Counted from the whole stretch's first letter, positions 48,655 through 61,151 are shown. The stretch: DNA of 62,231 nt, filler included, from Rhabdomonas costata (GCA_019059605.1; 33 parts of 33 records of this genome joined end to end with filler, not necessarily neighbours in it); one strand, 5' to 3'. The notes: a model not told the origin generated them from the sequence alone. Made by a program: numbers and translations.

Positions 48655-49010
48655 GTTGTCGCGATTTTCATTGGCGATTATAGAGGGTATGGGAGGTGAG
48701 ACAGCTGTGTCTCACGGAATTGCAGTGGAAGATTTGCAAAGGTTTAGAGGGCGATGAACAAGCCTTCTGGTTATCCCTGTTTTATGGCTGCTGAGCTCCG
48801 CTGCCCAAGATAGTGAGTCCTAGGAACCACCGTACTTGTGATCTGGTACTCGTCGGCTTCCCGACAACCAGAACACATCTGAAGTGACTCAGTAAGGGAC
48901 TCAACCTGTAAAAAAGAAAAGTCGAAGACAGGGAGGACGTTGGGATCCGTTTTCACTTCAGTTACCCGCAAAATTTCGCCCGGATAATCGCCAATGAAAA
49001 TCGCGACAAC
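48655..49010. mobile_element. MITE-like element with perfect 27-bp inverted repeats (right arm abuts contig end)
   Basis: gttgtcgcgattttcattggcgattat (48655-48681) is the exact reverse complement of ataatcgccaatgaaaatcgcgacaac (48984-49010). Confidence 0.55.
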
Positions 49011-49207
49011 ACCACANNNNNNNNNNNNNNNNNNNNNNNNNNNNNNNNNNNNNNNNNNNNTTAATTAATTAANNNNNNNNNNNNNNNNNNNNNNNNNNNN
49101 NNNNNNNNNNNNNNNNGTTGGGTTGGTTTCCTTATTGTGGACAATGAAATGAGCCTTGGTTTCTGTGATGCTGCTTTGGTGACGGTATGTCCCGTTGTAT
49201 TTTCCAG

Positions 49208-49315
49208 GATATTGACCTGTCAGAGAAGGACTGGGCCGAGTACGATGACCAGGCGAACGAATCGATGACAATATACTCCGTGGAGACGAAACTCGCCCGC
49301 TCGAAAGAGAAGTGA
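49208..49315 (+). CDS. CZIB: DUF866 / CXXC zinc-binding protein (CZIB, C1orf123 homolog), last exon
   Basis: ttccag|DIDLSEKDWAEYDDQANESMTIYSVETKLARSKEK* matches the DUF866 C-terminus DIxLxEKDWxDYDEKAxESVxIY. Too short for the ORF track. Confidence 0.85.
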   Translation, partial: DIDLSEKDWAEYDDQANESMTIYSVETKLARSKEK

Positions 49316-51397
49316 GTATTCTCTGAGTCCTTCCTGACAATGTCGATGTTTCTGAAATAGCCGTGCCCGTTTGCAACGTGACTCAAGTTTGAGCTCATTC
49401 GTTCGCCTGATTGTGAGTGTTCTGCTGGGGTTAGACTTGCGTGCTGTCCGCTGCCTTCTTTTCTCTGGACGGACGACTTCCTCGTTTGTGTTGATCTGAC
49501 ATATATGCTTGTTGTCCCAGCCCTCAGCTTGCAACTTATGCGTGCTTAGGGTCTTGGCGGTCTTGCCCCCCCCCCCCGGGATAGGCGCGCGTGCGTGTGT
49601 GCGTGCAACGGTCCCGACTACCGCAATTACATGGCATGCGCGGTCCGACCGAAACTGTTTTGAAAGACTGTGTTTGGCGAAGCGGGGCGAAACCTGGTCC
49701 CTCTGAACCCCCCTGAAGTTTTATGGACTGTTGCCACAGGTATCAGGGACGTCCCCGGTCATCATTCTGAGCCCATCTTATTGTCTTTTTGTTTTGTTTT
49801 TGTTTTCTTAGCCCTGTCGTAAGCAACCCCCCCCCCCAAAAAAAAAGAACCAGAGACTAGATAATATGCGCGGGTAGACCCAAGAAAGCACCCTTGAATT
49901 TTGGGGCCGAGGTGCTGAGCCACGTCGCTGTGCTCCTCGGTCCAAGAAGCTGCATTATCGACATCCCCTCTCCCCTCGTGTCCTCAGACCAAAATTACAG
50001 TCTCCTTGAATGTGGGGTTTTGCATCTGTACGGCATGAGGTGTTGTGGGTCGGGTTTGCCCCAACGATAGGTATTCATATTTTTTGTGGTCTTTTTAGGG
50101 AGTGTCTGTCTTGTTCCCTATCGCGTCTTTTTAGGCAGATCCCCCGCTGTATTTTTTTTTGCACGCGATCCGTGCTTTAAAGGAACTTTGTGTTTGGGCA
50201 CTCTAATTTCTTGTTCGAAATGTCATTGTGCCTGAGATGGGGTGCGCTGCGCTGGGCCTGTGGAAACCGCAAGGCCTTCTTGAGGCCCTCGCGGTGCTTC
50301 ACGGTAGGTCGGAGCGATTCAAAACCCCAGTGCAATTTAAGCACACACACATGCACCCCAGGGGCCCAGATGACCAGAAAGAAGAGGCAAACAATTCCAA
50401 CCCCAGGTCCTCCGCGGGTGAAGGAGGATATGCCAAAAGCCCGTCAAAAAACAAAAGCGTCATTCGAAGGAAGCACCGCCAGAGAGAGTGCAACAGCAAC
50501 GGGAACGGGCTAGACAGAGAGGCAGGGAACGAGAGAGACATATAGAGAGCGAGCGAGATGAGATTGCGGCGGAGGTGGATACCGAACGTGAAGCTCTCGG
50601 TGAACAAAGAACGAGTGGGCCGAGCAGCTTCCCCCAGCTTCGCAGGGGGACCACCAGAGGCTGCAGCCCGTACTGTCCACCACACAGCCTCTACGAGCCG
50701 AATTGGGGATCCTCTCTCCCTAGCTGGACCCGATTATGTGGAACGTTCGGCAGTGCCGGTTGCGGTTCCCCACGGCACCGTTCGCTCCAGAGGCACCTCT
50801 CACGAGCACCCAACAGCGCGTGCGCCCGTCACTCCACAGTGGTCACCAACAACCAAGCAACCAGTCAACCAGGCAACAGCCAGCGCTCAATGCTCCCACA
50901 CAACCNNNNNNNNNNNNNNNNNNNNNNNNNNNNNNNNNNNNNNNNNNNNTTAATTAATTAANNNNNNNNNNNNNNNNNNNNNNNNNNNNNNNNNNNNNNN
51001 NNNNNGTGGTGGGGGGCCCACCCCTTTGGAAAGTTTTCCAGCAGCGGTGGATGCACACTGAACGACTGGTTACGAGATTTCCACTTTCGGAAAGCTTTCC
51101 AAAGGGGTGGGCCCCCCGGTAAAACGAATACGCCAAATAATGCCACCCATTTTCCCTTTGGGTATGAAGCGGCTTCAGACCTGCCAGTGTCGTGGATGCA
51201 TGTCCACATAATGTATCCAAGTAGGGACGGAGGGGGACGGTTGTGTCCACAACAATATTACGTGTGGGGGCCCGAGCAGCACGAATGAGTAGAGTTACCT
51301 CTATATCGATACCCATTCAGAAGTGTCTCCGTGGCTTACTGAAAGAGAGGAAGACAGCGTTGTGGGGATGGTGGCGGGTGTCAGAGGTGGGGCTGAC

Positions 51398-52449
51398 CTT
51401 CAGCCGTGGGTCTGCCCCGGCCTGCACAAGGGCCTCCGTGGTGCGCGGCATCTTGTGCCGCGACGTGAGGTGGACAAGGGTGGAGCCCGTCTCCAGGTCC
51501 ACCACGGCGTTGACCTCCACGGCCTTCTGGGCGAGAGTGGGCCCCAGCAGAACAACAGCGGTGTCGTCATCGTGACCGTCCATCACGGCCACCACAAGGG
51601 GAACCCGCCCGGAACTGTTCTGTGGTAAGACACGAGCGAAAAAAGGCGACGGGGCAAGAAGCGGGCTGAGCGAAGTAAGCTGTTGGGGTCCACGGGCGGT
51701 TTTGATGCCACCCAAGACTTGATTTCCTGAATGAGAGTGTCACGCCTGAGAGAAGTATGTAAAAGCCAAAAATATCCGAAAAGGGGGGGAGTTCACTCTG
51801 AACGCAGTTAATGGCAAAAAGAGAACTCGTTGTTCGTACATTGGCGTGGAGGTGGGCAGACGGTGCACAAGCCAACAGTTCTATTCTCTTGCAACAAAGC
51901 AAGAAGTGCTACCATACCAAATGGAAGCACCAACGCGTCACAAAAAGTCTGGTTCTGAGGTCGATGTCAGGTCTCTGGTTTGGCCACGACCGGTTCAGCA
52001 GTGACCATGGGATATGTCACCCAGCAAATAGGGTGGCGTCTTTCTAATATGGCAGCAAGTCCCTTCCTGCGGGGACAACTTTCTCAAAGGTTCGGACCCT
52101 CGACCACAATCTCGAAGCACAACTTAGTCAATGCTGCACCCCAAAACCGGTAAGCCCCCACGCAAAAACCCAACACAGAACCACACAGCGTCGTGGGAAT
52201 GCGAGAGCAAAAGGGGGGGGGGCTGACCTTGAGACTAGCATCCACTCCGGCCTTCACAAGGGCCTCCGTAGTTTTCCGCATTTTGTACAGAGCGGTGAGG
52301 TGGGCAAGCGTGGAGCCCGTCTTGGGGTCCACCACGGCGTTGAGATCCACCGCCTTCTCGGCGAGAGTGGGTCCAACCAGCACAACAGCTGTGCCGTCGT
52401 TCTTGCTTTCCATGATGGCCACCTCCAGGGGCACCCGCCCAGCTTTATT
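51398..52449 (-). CDS. Ankyrin-repeat protein: two paralogous 222-nt phase-0 exons (52449-52228, 51619-51398)
   Basis: Both encode NxxGRVPLxVA...VNA/LNAVVDxxTGSTLxHLT...KMxxTTEALVxAGxDxxLK, with identical AAG|gtcagcccc donors. Confidence 0.8.
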
Positions 52450-53902
52450 CTGCGGGAAACGGGAAACGCATGAGGACGGATGTGCACAGCGGTGGGAAGG
52501 GGGGGCAAACACGCGATTTCCGTTTTCAGGCAAAGGGAGATGTGCTCCCCCAGCGGGGCGTTGAGGCATTTGGCAATGCCCGGGACAGGCCTTTGGCACT
52601 GCTTCTCTTCATGGGCCCGCTAGATTTGTTTCCATGCTCCCCTTAAGGCTTTAAGGCTGCGGCGGTTCCTCAGAGCAAACTCCTTCGCCTGCACAGCTAT
52701 TCACGGATGCAGCGGCTTCGCTTCAGTGGTCGTTCACGGCCTCTTCCTCATTGCTTCCGCTGAGCTGCGGCCCTTTCCTATCACACCAACACANNNNNNN
52801 NNNNNNNNNNNNNNNNNNNNNNNNNNNNNNNNNNNNNTTAATTAATTAANNNNNNNNNNNNNNNNNNNNNNNNNNNNNNNNNNNNNNNNNNNNGTGGGTG
52901 TTGGTGGGTTGTGGGGAGTAAAAGGGGGCTTAGCCCCTGTTTGCTACCCTGCCCCATCTCTTGGGGGAGGGGGTATGACAGAAGTTGTGAAGAGAAGGGA
53001 ATCTGTGTGCGTGCTATACATCACCATCTGGTCTTTGGTGAAAAGAAGTGGGTGTGCGTGCGTGCCTCATCCGTGCAGATGATTCGGAGAGAGTGAACAT
53101 AACACACCCTCATCCCAACAGCCCAGCCGCAGAGAGACAGCTGAGGAGAGCAGAGAGCGAGAGCAATGAGAAATTGCTTGCTGTTGTTGTGTGTGCTAGT
53201 TGCATGTCCTTTCTTGTACCATTTTGTAGACGATGTTGAAGCAGCCGTGAATTTGGAATTTGTTTTTGGTCCTTCTTTGTCACAACCGTCGTCACGATGG
53301 ATGGTGGTGGGAGTGGAAAAGGGAGTGACACAGGTATTTTGGTCGGCTTGTGACTTGGAACAATTTCTGATGCGGGGAAATTTCATTGCTTCGCAGTTCA
53401 GTGCTCGCAGTCGGGCTGCTTGTTTCCTTCTGAATTGAGAAAGGCTTGGGCCCACTGATGCATCGCTGTGAGCTGTGAGGTCAACAAATTCTAAGGCGCG
53501 CAGCGAGAAAGCGGCAAGAAAGGTTAAAGATTGTGTCCATCCCTAAATCAAGTTCACCACACGCTGGCACCCTGCCTTCGTGATTAGCGGAGCCATGGGT
53601 CAGCGTATACACATCATTTTCAAAGACAGACGACCTGAGAAAAAAGGCACACATCTGCATCGGGAATGGCTGAGTAGTACATGTAGTGCTTGCGGTGGTC
53701 TTTGTACCTGCCATTTCAGATCTGCTTTTTTCACCCCATTTCCACTCCGAAAATGTTAACATGTTTTCCTTCTCCTGCGCTGCTGCTGAGCCTGCTGCTG
53801 CTGCTGATGGCAGTGTCCTTTTCGCGGCATGGCGCGCTGTGTGGTGATGTCAGCCCTGAGGACTTCGAGGGCAGGCGGACCCTGGCCTTCAACGAGTGGG
53901 TG

Positions 53903-54681
53903 CGCGGGTGGCACCCAGTGAACGTGAAGCTGCATGTCCGAAGCGTGCCCGGTTGGTGTCTGGAGCAAATGCGAAGGGAGGCGACGGTGGGGCTTTACCC
54001 AACGACGCGGCTTGCTTGTCCTTGCTTGATAACGAGCCACTGAGTGCGGCCTTTTTTTCCAGTTGATAGGGAGAAGCATCACATTTTCGTTCAAAAGCTT
54101 GTCAATGAGTTTGGTGGTCCTGAAGTTCACCACACAACACCACCGCCCGCCCCACGGGTCGCAGGCTCCGCCACACGCAGCAAAATCGTCTCTTTGGTCA
54201 GCACGTACTTCATGGGCACCGCCAGTACCTGCTCCATCCGCCGCACAGCAACGTCCGTGAAAACCCCTCTGCCCATTCCTGAGCCAACAACGCGCCGGGG
54301 GTGGGCGAATCTCTCCCTCGCCTGATCATCCACACCTGGAGCTGATTGCATTTCCATGTGTGTTTTCCTCTTTTCTATCACTAGATCTAAATCCCACCTG
54401 GGCTAATCTGCATCCGAGCCTGAGACCCGTGGGGCGGGCGGTGGTGTTGTGTGGTGAACTACAGGACCACCAAACTCATTGACAAGCTTTTGAACGAAAA
54501 TGCGATGCTTCTCCCTTTCAACTGGAAAAAAGGCCGCACTCAGTGGCTCGTTATCACGCAAGAACAAGCACGCCGCGTCGTTGCGTAAAGCCCCACCGTC
54601 GCCTTCCCTTCGCATTTGCTCCAGACACCAACCGGGCACGCTTCGGACATGCAGCTTCACGTTCACTGGGTGCCACCCGCG
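53903..54681. repeat. 266-bp inverted duplication (53903-54168 vs 54416-54681), ~96% identical
   Basis: Manual alignment gives 8 substitutions and 2 single-base indels. Spacer 247 bp. The second arm runs into the contig end. Confidence 0.92.
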
Positions 54682-55208
54682 NNNNNNNNNNNNNNNNNNN
54701 NNNNNNNNNNNNNNNNNNNNNNNNNTTAATTAATTAANNNNNNNNNNNNNNNNNNNNNNNNNNNNNNNNNNNNNNNNNNNNGTGGGGGGGGGTGTCACCC
54801 GCCTTCTCAAGGCCATTATCTCTGTGTTGGGCGAGCGCTTGCAAAGCATGGGGTGGGGTGGTTTGCTGAGGTTGTTCCGCTCCACTGTGCGGTGTTCTTT
54901 GGGCTTGTGTCTGAGCTCGTGTGTGCCTTCTAGCTTTCCTACTCTCTTTTTCCACATCTCTGCCACCATGTTGGCGGTGCCCCTTTTCGATATCGAGATG
55001 TGCTCTTACCGACAGATCAGTCGCAGAGTTTTTTATTACTGAAATGGATTTTGGAAACAGGTTCAAATTCATGCAAATGCTCAACAAACTCTACCTGAAC
55101 TTCATTTACCATGGGGCAGCTTTTCACCAGCTTTTCACTCGGAACCTTTTTACTCTCATTTCCTCGTCGCACCTTGGGCAATGCTAGTGTGTGCGTGCAT
55201 GTGTGCAG

Positions 55209-56423
55209 GAGTTCCGTGACCTGTTCGAGAACGACCCGGAGAAGCTGAAGCACCTGCTGCCGCGGATGCAGGTGCTGGCCCGCTCCACCCCGATGGACAA
55301 GCACACCCTGGTCAAGCTGATCCAGGAGGAGGGCGCCGTCACCGCGGTCACTGGCGACGGCACCAACGACGCCCCAGCTCTGAAGCTCGCCGACGTGGGT
55401 GCGCAGACTCTCTCCAAGACAAGGAGGGGGTTTCCACTTCAGTGCACCGTATATGATGAGGGTCAAACGATTCCTCACGGTGGGCCATGCCGCGTGCGAT
55501 ATCTATGCGAGACGATGGGCCCTGCAACACTCCGCGGAGCTGGAACTCGCAGGCCTGGAACGTGAATGCATCAGGGCCCCGTGTGGGTCCCTAGTATCGG
55601 GGCGGGGAATGTCCCGACTTTTCCAGTAAACATCCATCCTTTGCTGAAGGCTTGCGCTTTTTTCACGCGAGAATCCTCGCCGGGGGTGGGCGCAGGGTTT
55701 GCGATGCGCTCGGGGACGGACATTGCCACGGCTGCCTCGGATATCGTGCTGCTGGACGATAACTTCGTCAGCGTGGTCAACGCCGTGCGCTGGGGTCGAA
55801 ATGTGAACGACAACATCCGCAAGTTCATTCAGTTCCAGGTGCTACTGTTTACTGTTTTCTGCTTCGGACTCCACTAAAGCACTTATTTAGCGGCTGATGT
55901 GTTGCGGAACGCAACGGTACTGGATATCCTCCCCTGCTGGTCTTCAGTTTATCTCGGGCTACCTACCCTGCGCTTTTGTTGTCTTTAGGCTCTTATAGGC
56001 TGTGTTTTCTCTCGTCTGTGGCTGGCAGTGGCATATAACCTGTTCCCCACTCCTCGACTTCCCAACCGACCAGATGTCCACCACAGATGTGTCATTTGAA
56101 TGTGCAGTGTACCCCTGATGCAAGCTTGGGATGCGGTGGGTGGGCAGGTTACCGTGAACATCGTCGGGGTGGCGCTGACGTTCATTGGAGCCGCGCTCAG
56201 CGAGAACAACCTGTCGCCGCTGACCCCCGTGCAGCTGCTGTGGCTGAACCTCATCATGGACACCTTGGCCGCGCTGGCGCTGGCGACGGAGCGGCCCACG
56301 GAGGCCAACCTCCGCCGCAAGCCCATCTACCGCAGCGGGCCCCTGATTACGGCCCGGATGTGGAGCTTCATTCTGGGCCACGCGCTGTTCCAGCTCGCCG
56401 TGGTGATGCTGCTGCTGTACCAG
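55209..56423 (+). CDS. P-type IIB (PMCA-type) Ca2+-ATPase, exons 55209-55398, 55696-55838, 56148-~56423
   Basis: [85 protein letters not shown]...[27 protein letters not shown]. Confidence 0.96.
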
Positions 56424-59156
56424 GCCTGCTGTCTGCCGCCTTCAATTGTTTTTTTACGGCGTTGAGAGAGCAACAAATGGAGGCACAAGGAAATGACTTT
56501 TGCGGAAGAGCTACCCAAGAAAACATGGGTATTACTCGGAGGGAGGAAAGGTAGTTGACCAAAAGGAATNNNNNNNNNNNNNNNNNNNNNNNNNNNNNNN
56601 NNNNNNNNNNNNNTTAATTAATTAANNNNNNNNNNNNNNNNNNNNNNNNNNNNNNNNNNNNNNNNNNNNTTGTGTGGGTCTCTTCTTCGTGGAATGAAGA
56701 TCTCCCTCAAGAAGTGGGTCGGGACGGTCTATTAATGGGCGATGAGGAACCTCTTTCAGGCGATGTTGAACATGTCCGACCTCACTCGCCGCACGGTCTC
56801 CTGGATCATCACGATGATCTTGGAAGTTATAAGGGATGACTGTGTTGCAAACCCCCCCAAACTAGGTGTTAGGGGTACGGTTACACAGGTTGATGGGGCA
56901 GAGTATGGTCACACTCAGAAGGGTCACAGACGTCCACTGTGATGCTTGATGTATGGGAGGCGGTGGACCAAGAATCTGGGAGGTTGGTGGTCTCTAACCC
57001 GCGTAAAGTGCGGGGGGGCTCCGCCCACCCGGACCCCCCCGCAGGTGTACCGCTGGGAAGCGTGCATCGCCCTCTAACCCCCTGCAAATCTACTATTGGA
57101 ATCCTGGGGGTACACCTTTAGCTTCAGCTTCTTGCAGGGGCACGAGGGCTTGCACAGCACCCCATAGTCCCCCGACAAGCTTGTTGAGGTCCTTGATGAA
57201 GTTCATGACCTCGCTCATTGATGGTGACTTGGCTGCCTTCCTTCGGCCATTCTTGCTGGACACGAGCGGGAAGAGTTGCTTTTGATTCATTTCAGTCCCT
57301 TTGCGAGCACCTTTCGGATTCCTCATCAAACAACATAGAAACAAAAAGACAACTCAAAGAATCCTGAACAGGGGGTGCATGCTGTATACTTGGGTAGGGG
57401 GGGTGCACATTGTATACGAGCATCTAATTATCATAAGGGAAAACCCAGGGGTGTGGATAAGTATTCGCGCCCCTTTCTAGCGCTGCTAGCACTATTCCCA
57501 GATCGCCCCTTCCCAAAAACGTTGGGGTTGGAATTCGGATCCCGGCTGTCGCCGAACTTAACCACGAGGCTAGCCTAAGTCGTCTTCTTAATTAGGCGCC
57601 AGTGCCAACCTTTGGACCTGACGGCCTAGACCTGTTTGACCTAAGGCTCCCGTACAACCGGCGCCCGCGAAAAAAGCATAAGAAGAGTTCATGTTTGAAC
57701 GTTTCACGGGAATCCCTTTCCCAGTTTTCCCGTTTAACAGCCCGCTACCGGCACCCGACTGTTTTTTCTGTTCCAAAGCAGGCGCAGTGAAACAATTTCC
57801 CCCAAAAAAACCAAGGCTTTCCCAAATTGGAATGATTGGGCGCTCCCATACCTTATTTCCTGGGAGAAAAGCATTTTTAGCGTAAAACTCTCAAATCCAA
57901 GCACACTCGACAAAACAATGGGGTGAGCTGGGAAAGTTTCGCCATGCAAAGTCCCATTTGCCGCAAACGGCGGCATCTAGGGGGCGTCATGGAAATAACG
58001 TTTAGTTGAGCTTCATCGAAAGAACCATTGATTGAGCAAGTTCCTTTTGGAGATGGACTCTCAATCTGGAAAGCACGACGATTAAACGCAGAGGGAATAT
58101 TGGCTTTTGTAGTTCGGAGCGCCAAAGCCCCAAAGCCTACCATGCCAGAGCACATTCAGGTTTAGGAGTCAACAAGGAGGTGTTGACCGCGGAGGTCAGC
58201 AAGGTCAATCAGACATTACAAGTCCCCAGGATCATGGCGTAACTAGACCAATGTCCGCTTTTAGTTCGTGACCCACGCTTGCCGTGCAAACATATGCCAT
58301 CCAAGGGCAAGGTTTTATGGTGACCGCAAAGAGAGTAACGTACCGACGTCAGTCGGGGAGTGACGACGTGTGAGTTCTACTATTCTGCTGAGTTCTGTGT
58401 GATCGTACCACCTGAGGGTGGGGAGCGAACCAACCACACTCAACTCAACCAACCCACNNNNNNNNNNNNNNNNNNNNNNNNNNNNNNNNNNNNNNNNNNN
58501 NTTAATTAATTAANNNNNNNNNNNNNNNNNNNNNNNNNNNNNNNNNNNNNNNNNNNNGGTTGGGGGGGTTGTGGCGAAGGAATTGTGATTCTTTGCACAT
58601 AAGTTGTGTACGTTGTGTACGTGTGCGAAATGCTCCAACAAAAGCTGCAAAACGACTCCATCATATGATTCTGTCATAGCCATTTGCAGCGAAAGTGCCC
58701 CATCCTGATCCAACGCCACAAGACCACAAACACAAGTTGGCAAGCACATCGCCTTCGAGCGAGTGCAGCGCACTCCCTGAAATTTCAGAAAGCGGAAAAA
58801 ACTCACCTTGCCTAAAATGTATTTTACTATCGTTATATCCTCCGCCCACACGATCTATCAATCAATTTGATAGGGGCAGCTTTATTTCCATAATCACCCT
58901 CCTTCACGTGTGTGTGTGTTGTGTGTGTTTCAAACAAACACAAACGCCAACAAACAGACACAACTACCCCTAAGTCACAGAAGTTCGGTTTGAGCTTGCC
59001 CCATTTTCGTAACGATCCCGCCGGAGGTTCATTTCTCCATTTTACACACCGGTCTTTGGATTAGCTGAAGTGTCCTTAGCAGTATACATGTTCACTGGAT
59101 TCGTGTGTTTCTGGTTATCCGGGCCATTGGTTTCTTGTGTTTGCTTGTCATTACAG

Positions 59157-59655
59157 CGCCAAACTCGGACTTCCAGGACGTCATGGTGATGCACCACTGG
59201 GCTTTGGTCCGGCGGGACGTTCTGCTTCGAGCAGTGGATCTGTACGAGAAGGTTTGTTTGTTTAAACACCTTGAGGTGGATTCTCACGAAGTGATATATT
59301 GGCTTCTCGTGTGTCATGAGAAAGCCATTGGTGGAATTGACACCCCTGGTTTTGCAATTCAAGTGTTGATTACACGTTCCTTGACAAATGCAAGCATGTG
59401 GACATCCCCACAAATGGGTTCTCTGTCATTGGCCCTTTCTTCTTTCACTTTCTCTTTCTCTTTCTCTTCTTTCTCTTTTGCAATAAGGGTGTCACGTTGT
59501 ACATGAATTGTGATCCACGAGCGGCGCAGCCTTGGTTTCGCGAGGCGCTCGCAGTTCTTCCTTCGGACAGCCCCTCGAAGATGCTCCTGGAGGTCTGCGG
59601 GAATGCTGTAGCCATGGAGACGCCTTGCGACGGGGTCCTGAGAATGTCTAAGTGA
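59157..59655 (+). CDS. C-terminus typical of class III adenylate/guanylate cyclase proteins, exons 59157-59251 and 59488-59655
   Basis: AVDLYEK/GVTLYMNCDPRAAQPWFREALAVLPSDSPSKMLLEVC......PCDGVLRMSK* resembles the TPR-like tail Y..GL..Y....W..A...F..AL...P.D.PS....RC....P..WDGV....K*. The catalytic domain is not in the contig. Confidence 0.55.
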
Positions 59656-61151
59656 TAGAATGCAGCTTTTTGTTTTTTGTGTCACTCTGCGGCTGAAAAG
59701 CTGGAGGGCGGTGGGGGCTGCAACTAGAGTTGCCCCCACAGATGACACGTGCTGAGAAGAGTGCCCTGGTGGGCTTCGCTGTGCTTGCGCCTTGCTCAAT
59801 AAATCTCGGGCATGTGCCTGTGTTGTGCATCGCTTCGGTTTCTTCTCTTGTCCCGCACACCTTTTGTCGGTCTGCGGTGACCGGCAGTTCTGCCACACAA
59901 TTTCGTGTGAATGTCTTCACCCTTCCTTGTGTCCCTGCAATCCTGCAATCCCTCTCTGGCGCTGAAGGGTCGGCGTGCCGTCACATGCGGGCTGCTGGTT
60001 TGCTGCGTTTGAACAGTTTTGTGCCTTTTGCGGGTGGTTAGACACCACCGTCCTTTCTCCTCGTCAATCGCTGTGCTCAGCCAAAATTTTCTTCTGTCCA
60101 TCTATGTCATTGTGGGCCCATCTCTCCCATCTCTTCCTGTCTCCGTCACTGCCTCCTGTTCATTTTTCTAATTGCCTTCCGTGTGTGTTTGTGTATTTGC
60201 GTTTGGCGAAGTGTCCGTCTCCGTGCACCAATTTTAACATGTCTTGCTGTGGTGTGGGTAGGGTACACTGGGTAAGGTAACCTTCCCTGCTACCCTGTAC
60301 TAGTTGTGGTGCGAAGGAGACGGACACTTCGCCAAACACAAACANNNNNNNNNNNNNNNNNNNNNNNNNNNNNNNNNNNNNNNNNNNNTTAATTAATTAA
60401 NNNNNNNNNNNNNNNNNNNNNNNNNNNNNNNNNNNNNNNNNNNNTGTGGGTTTGTATGACGTGTTTTCTATATGATAGTGCCATAAATGGAACAAATGGA
60501 GTTTGTATACACAATGGACAGCGTGTGAAACGTTGTCACACGGCAGTCCTCTTTCCCCATCCCAAATATTGGGGATGGAGCGAGTCAACGAGGGAACGAG
60601 GAAAATCGCGAGGAGAGAGCACAGGAGAGAGAGAGGAAGATACTTTTCGTCTCTGGTCGTAGGAAGGAAGACGCCTGAGTGACCCTCTTCGATTCCAGAC
60701 ACAGGGTCTTTTCGCCGTGGCTGCCGCGGACAACGAGGCTTAGTGGGTGAGAAAAACGAGGAGAAGCAGGTTCGACATCACGCAAAGCACCGCCCAAAAG
60801 GAACGCAGCGAGGAATGATGCCCTTCCCGAACATTCTATCCCCTTCCAATGAAGGAGCACCCCAATGCAGGAACACAGGCACTGGCAGCAACCGCCGAAA
60901 CCCTGGCGTAAGCAAGAAACGACTAAAGTAAGCCCATGAAACCGGTGCTACTCCCCGACACTGACACAATCATGGAGATGCGGAGAGGAGATATTGGCAT
61001 TTATGCCCTTCCACTACGTATACTTCAAAGCAGAGTCACTGGAGAGGCCATGACCCCATGACACAGGAGGACTGGGCGATACTTTTGATCGACCTGCCTT
61101 CATATTCTCACACAGTCTCTGTCCCGCCAAACTTCCCTAGGGGGTGTCCAC

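Noticed and set aside
56670..57344. gag-like retroelement remnant
   Set aside because: Coding-like fragments only; no zinc knuckle, protease or RT motif seen.
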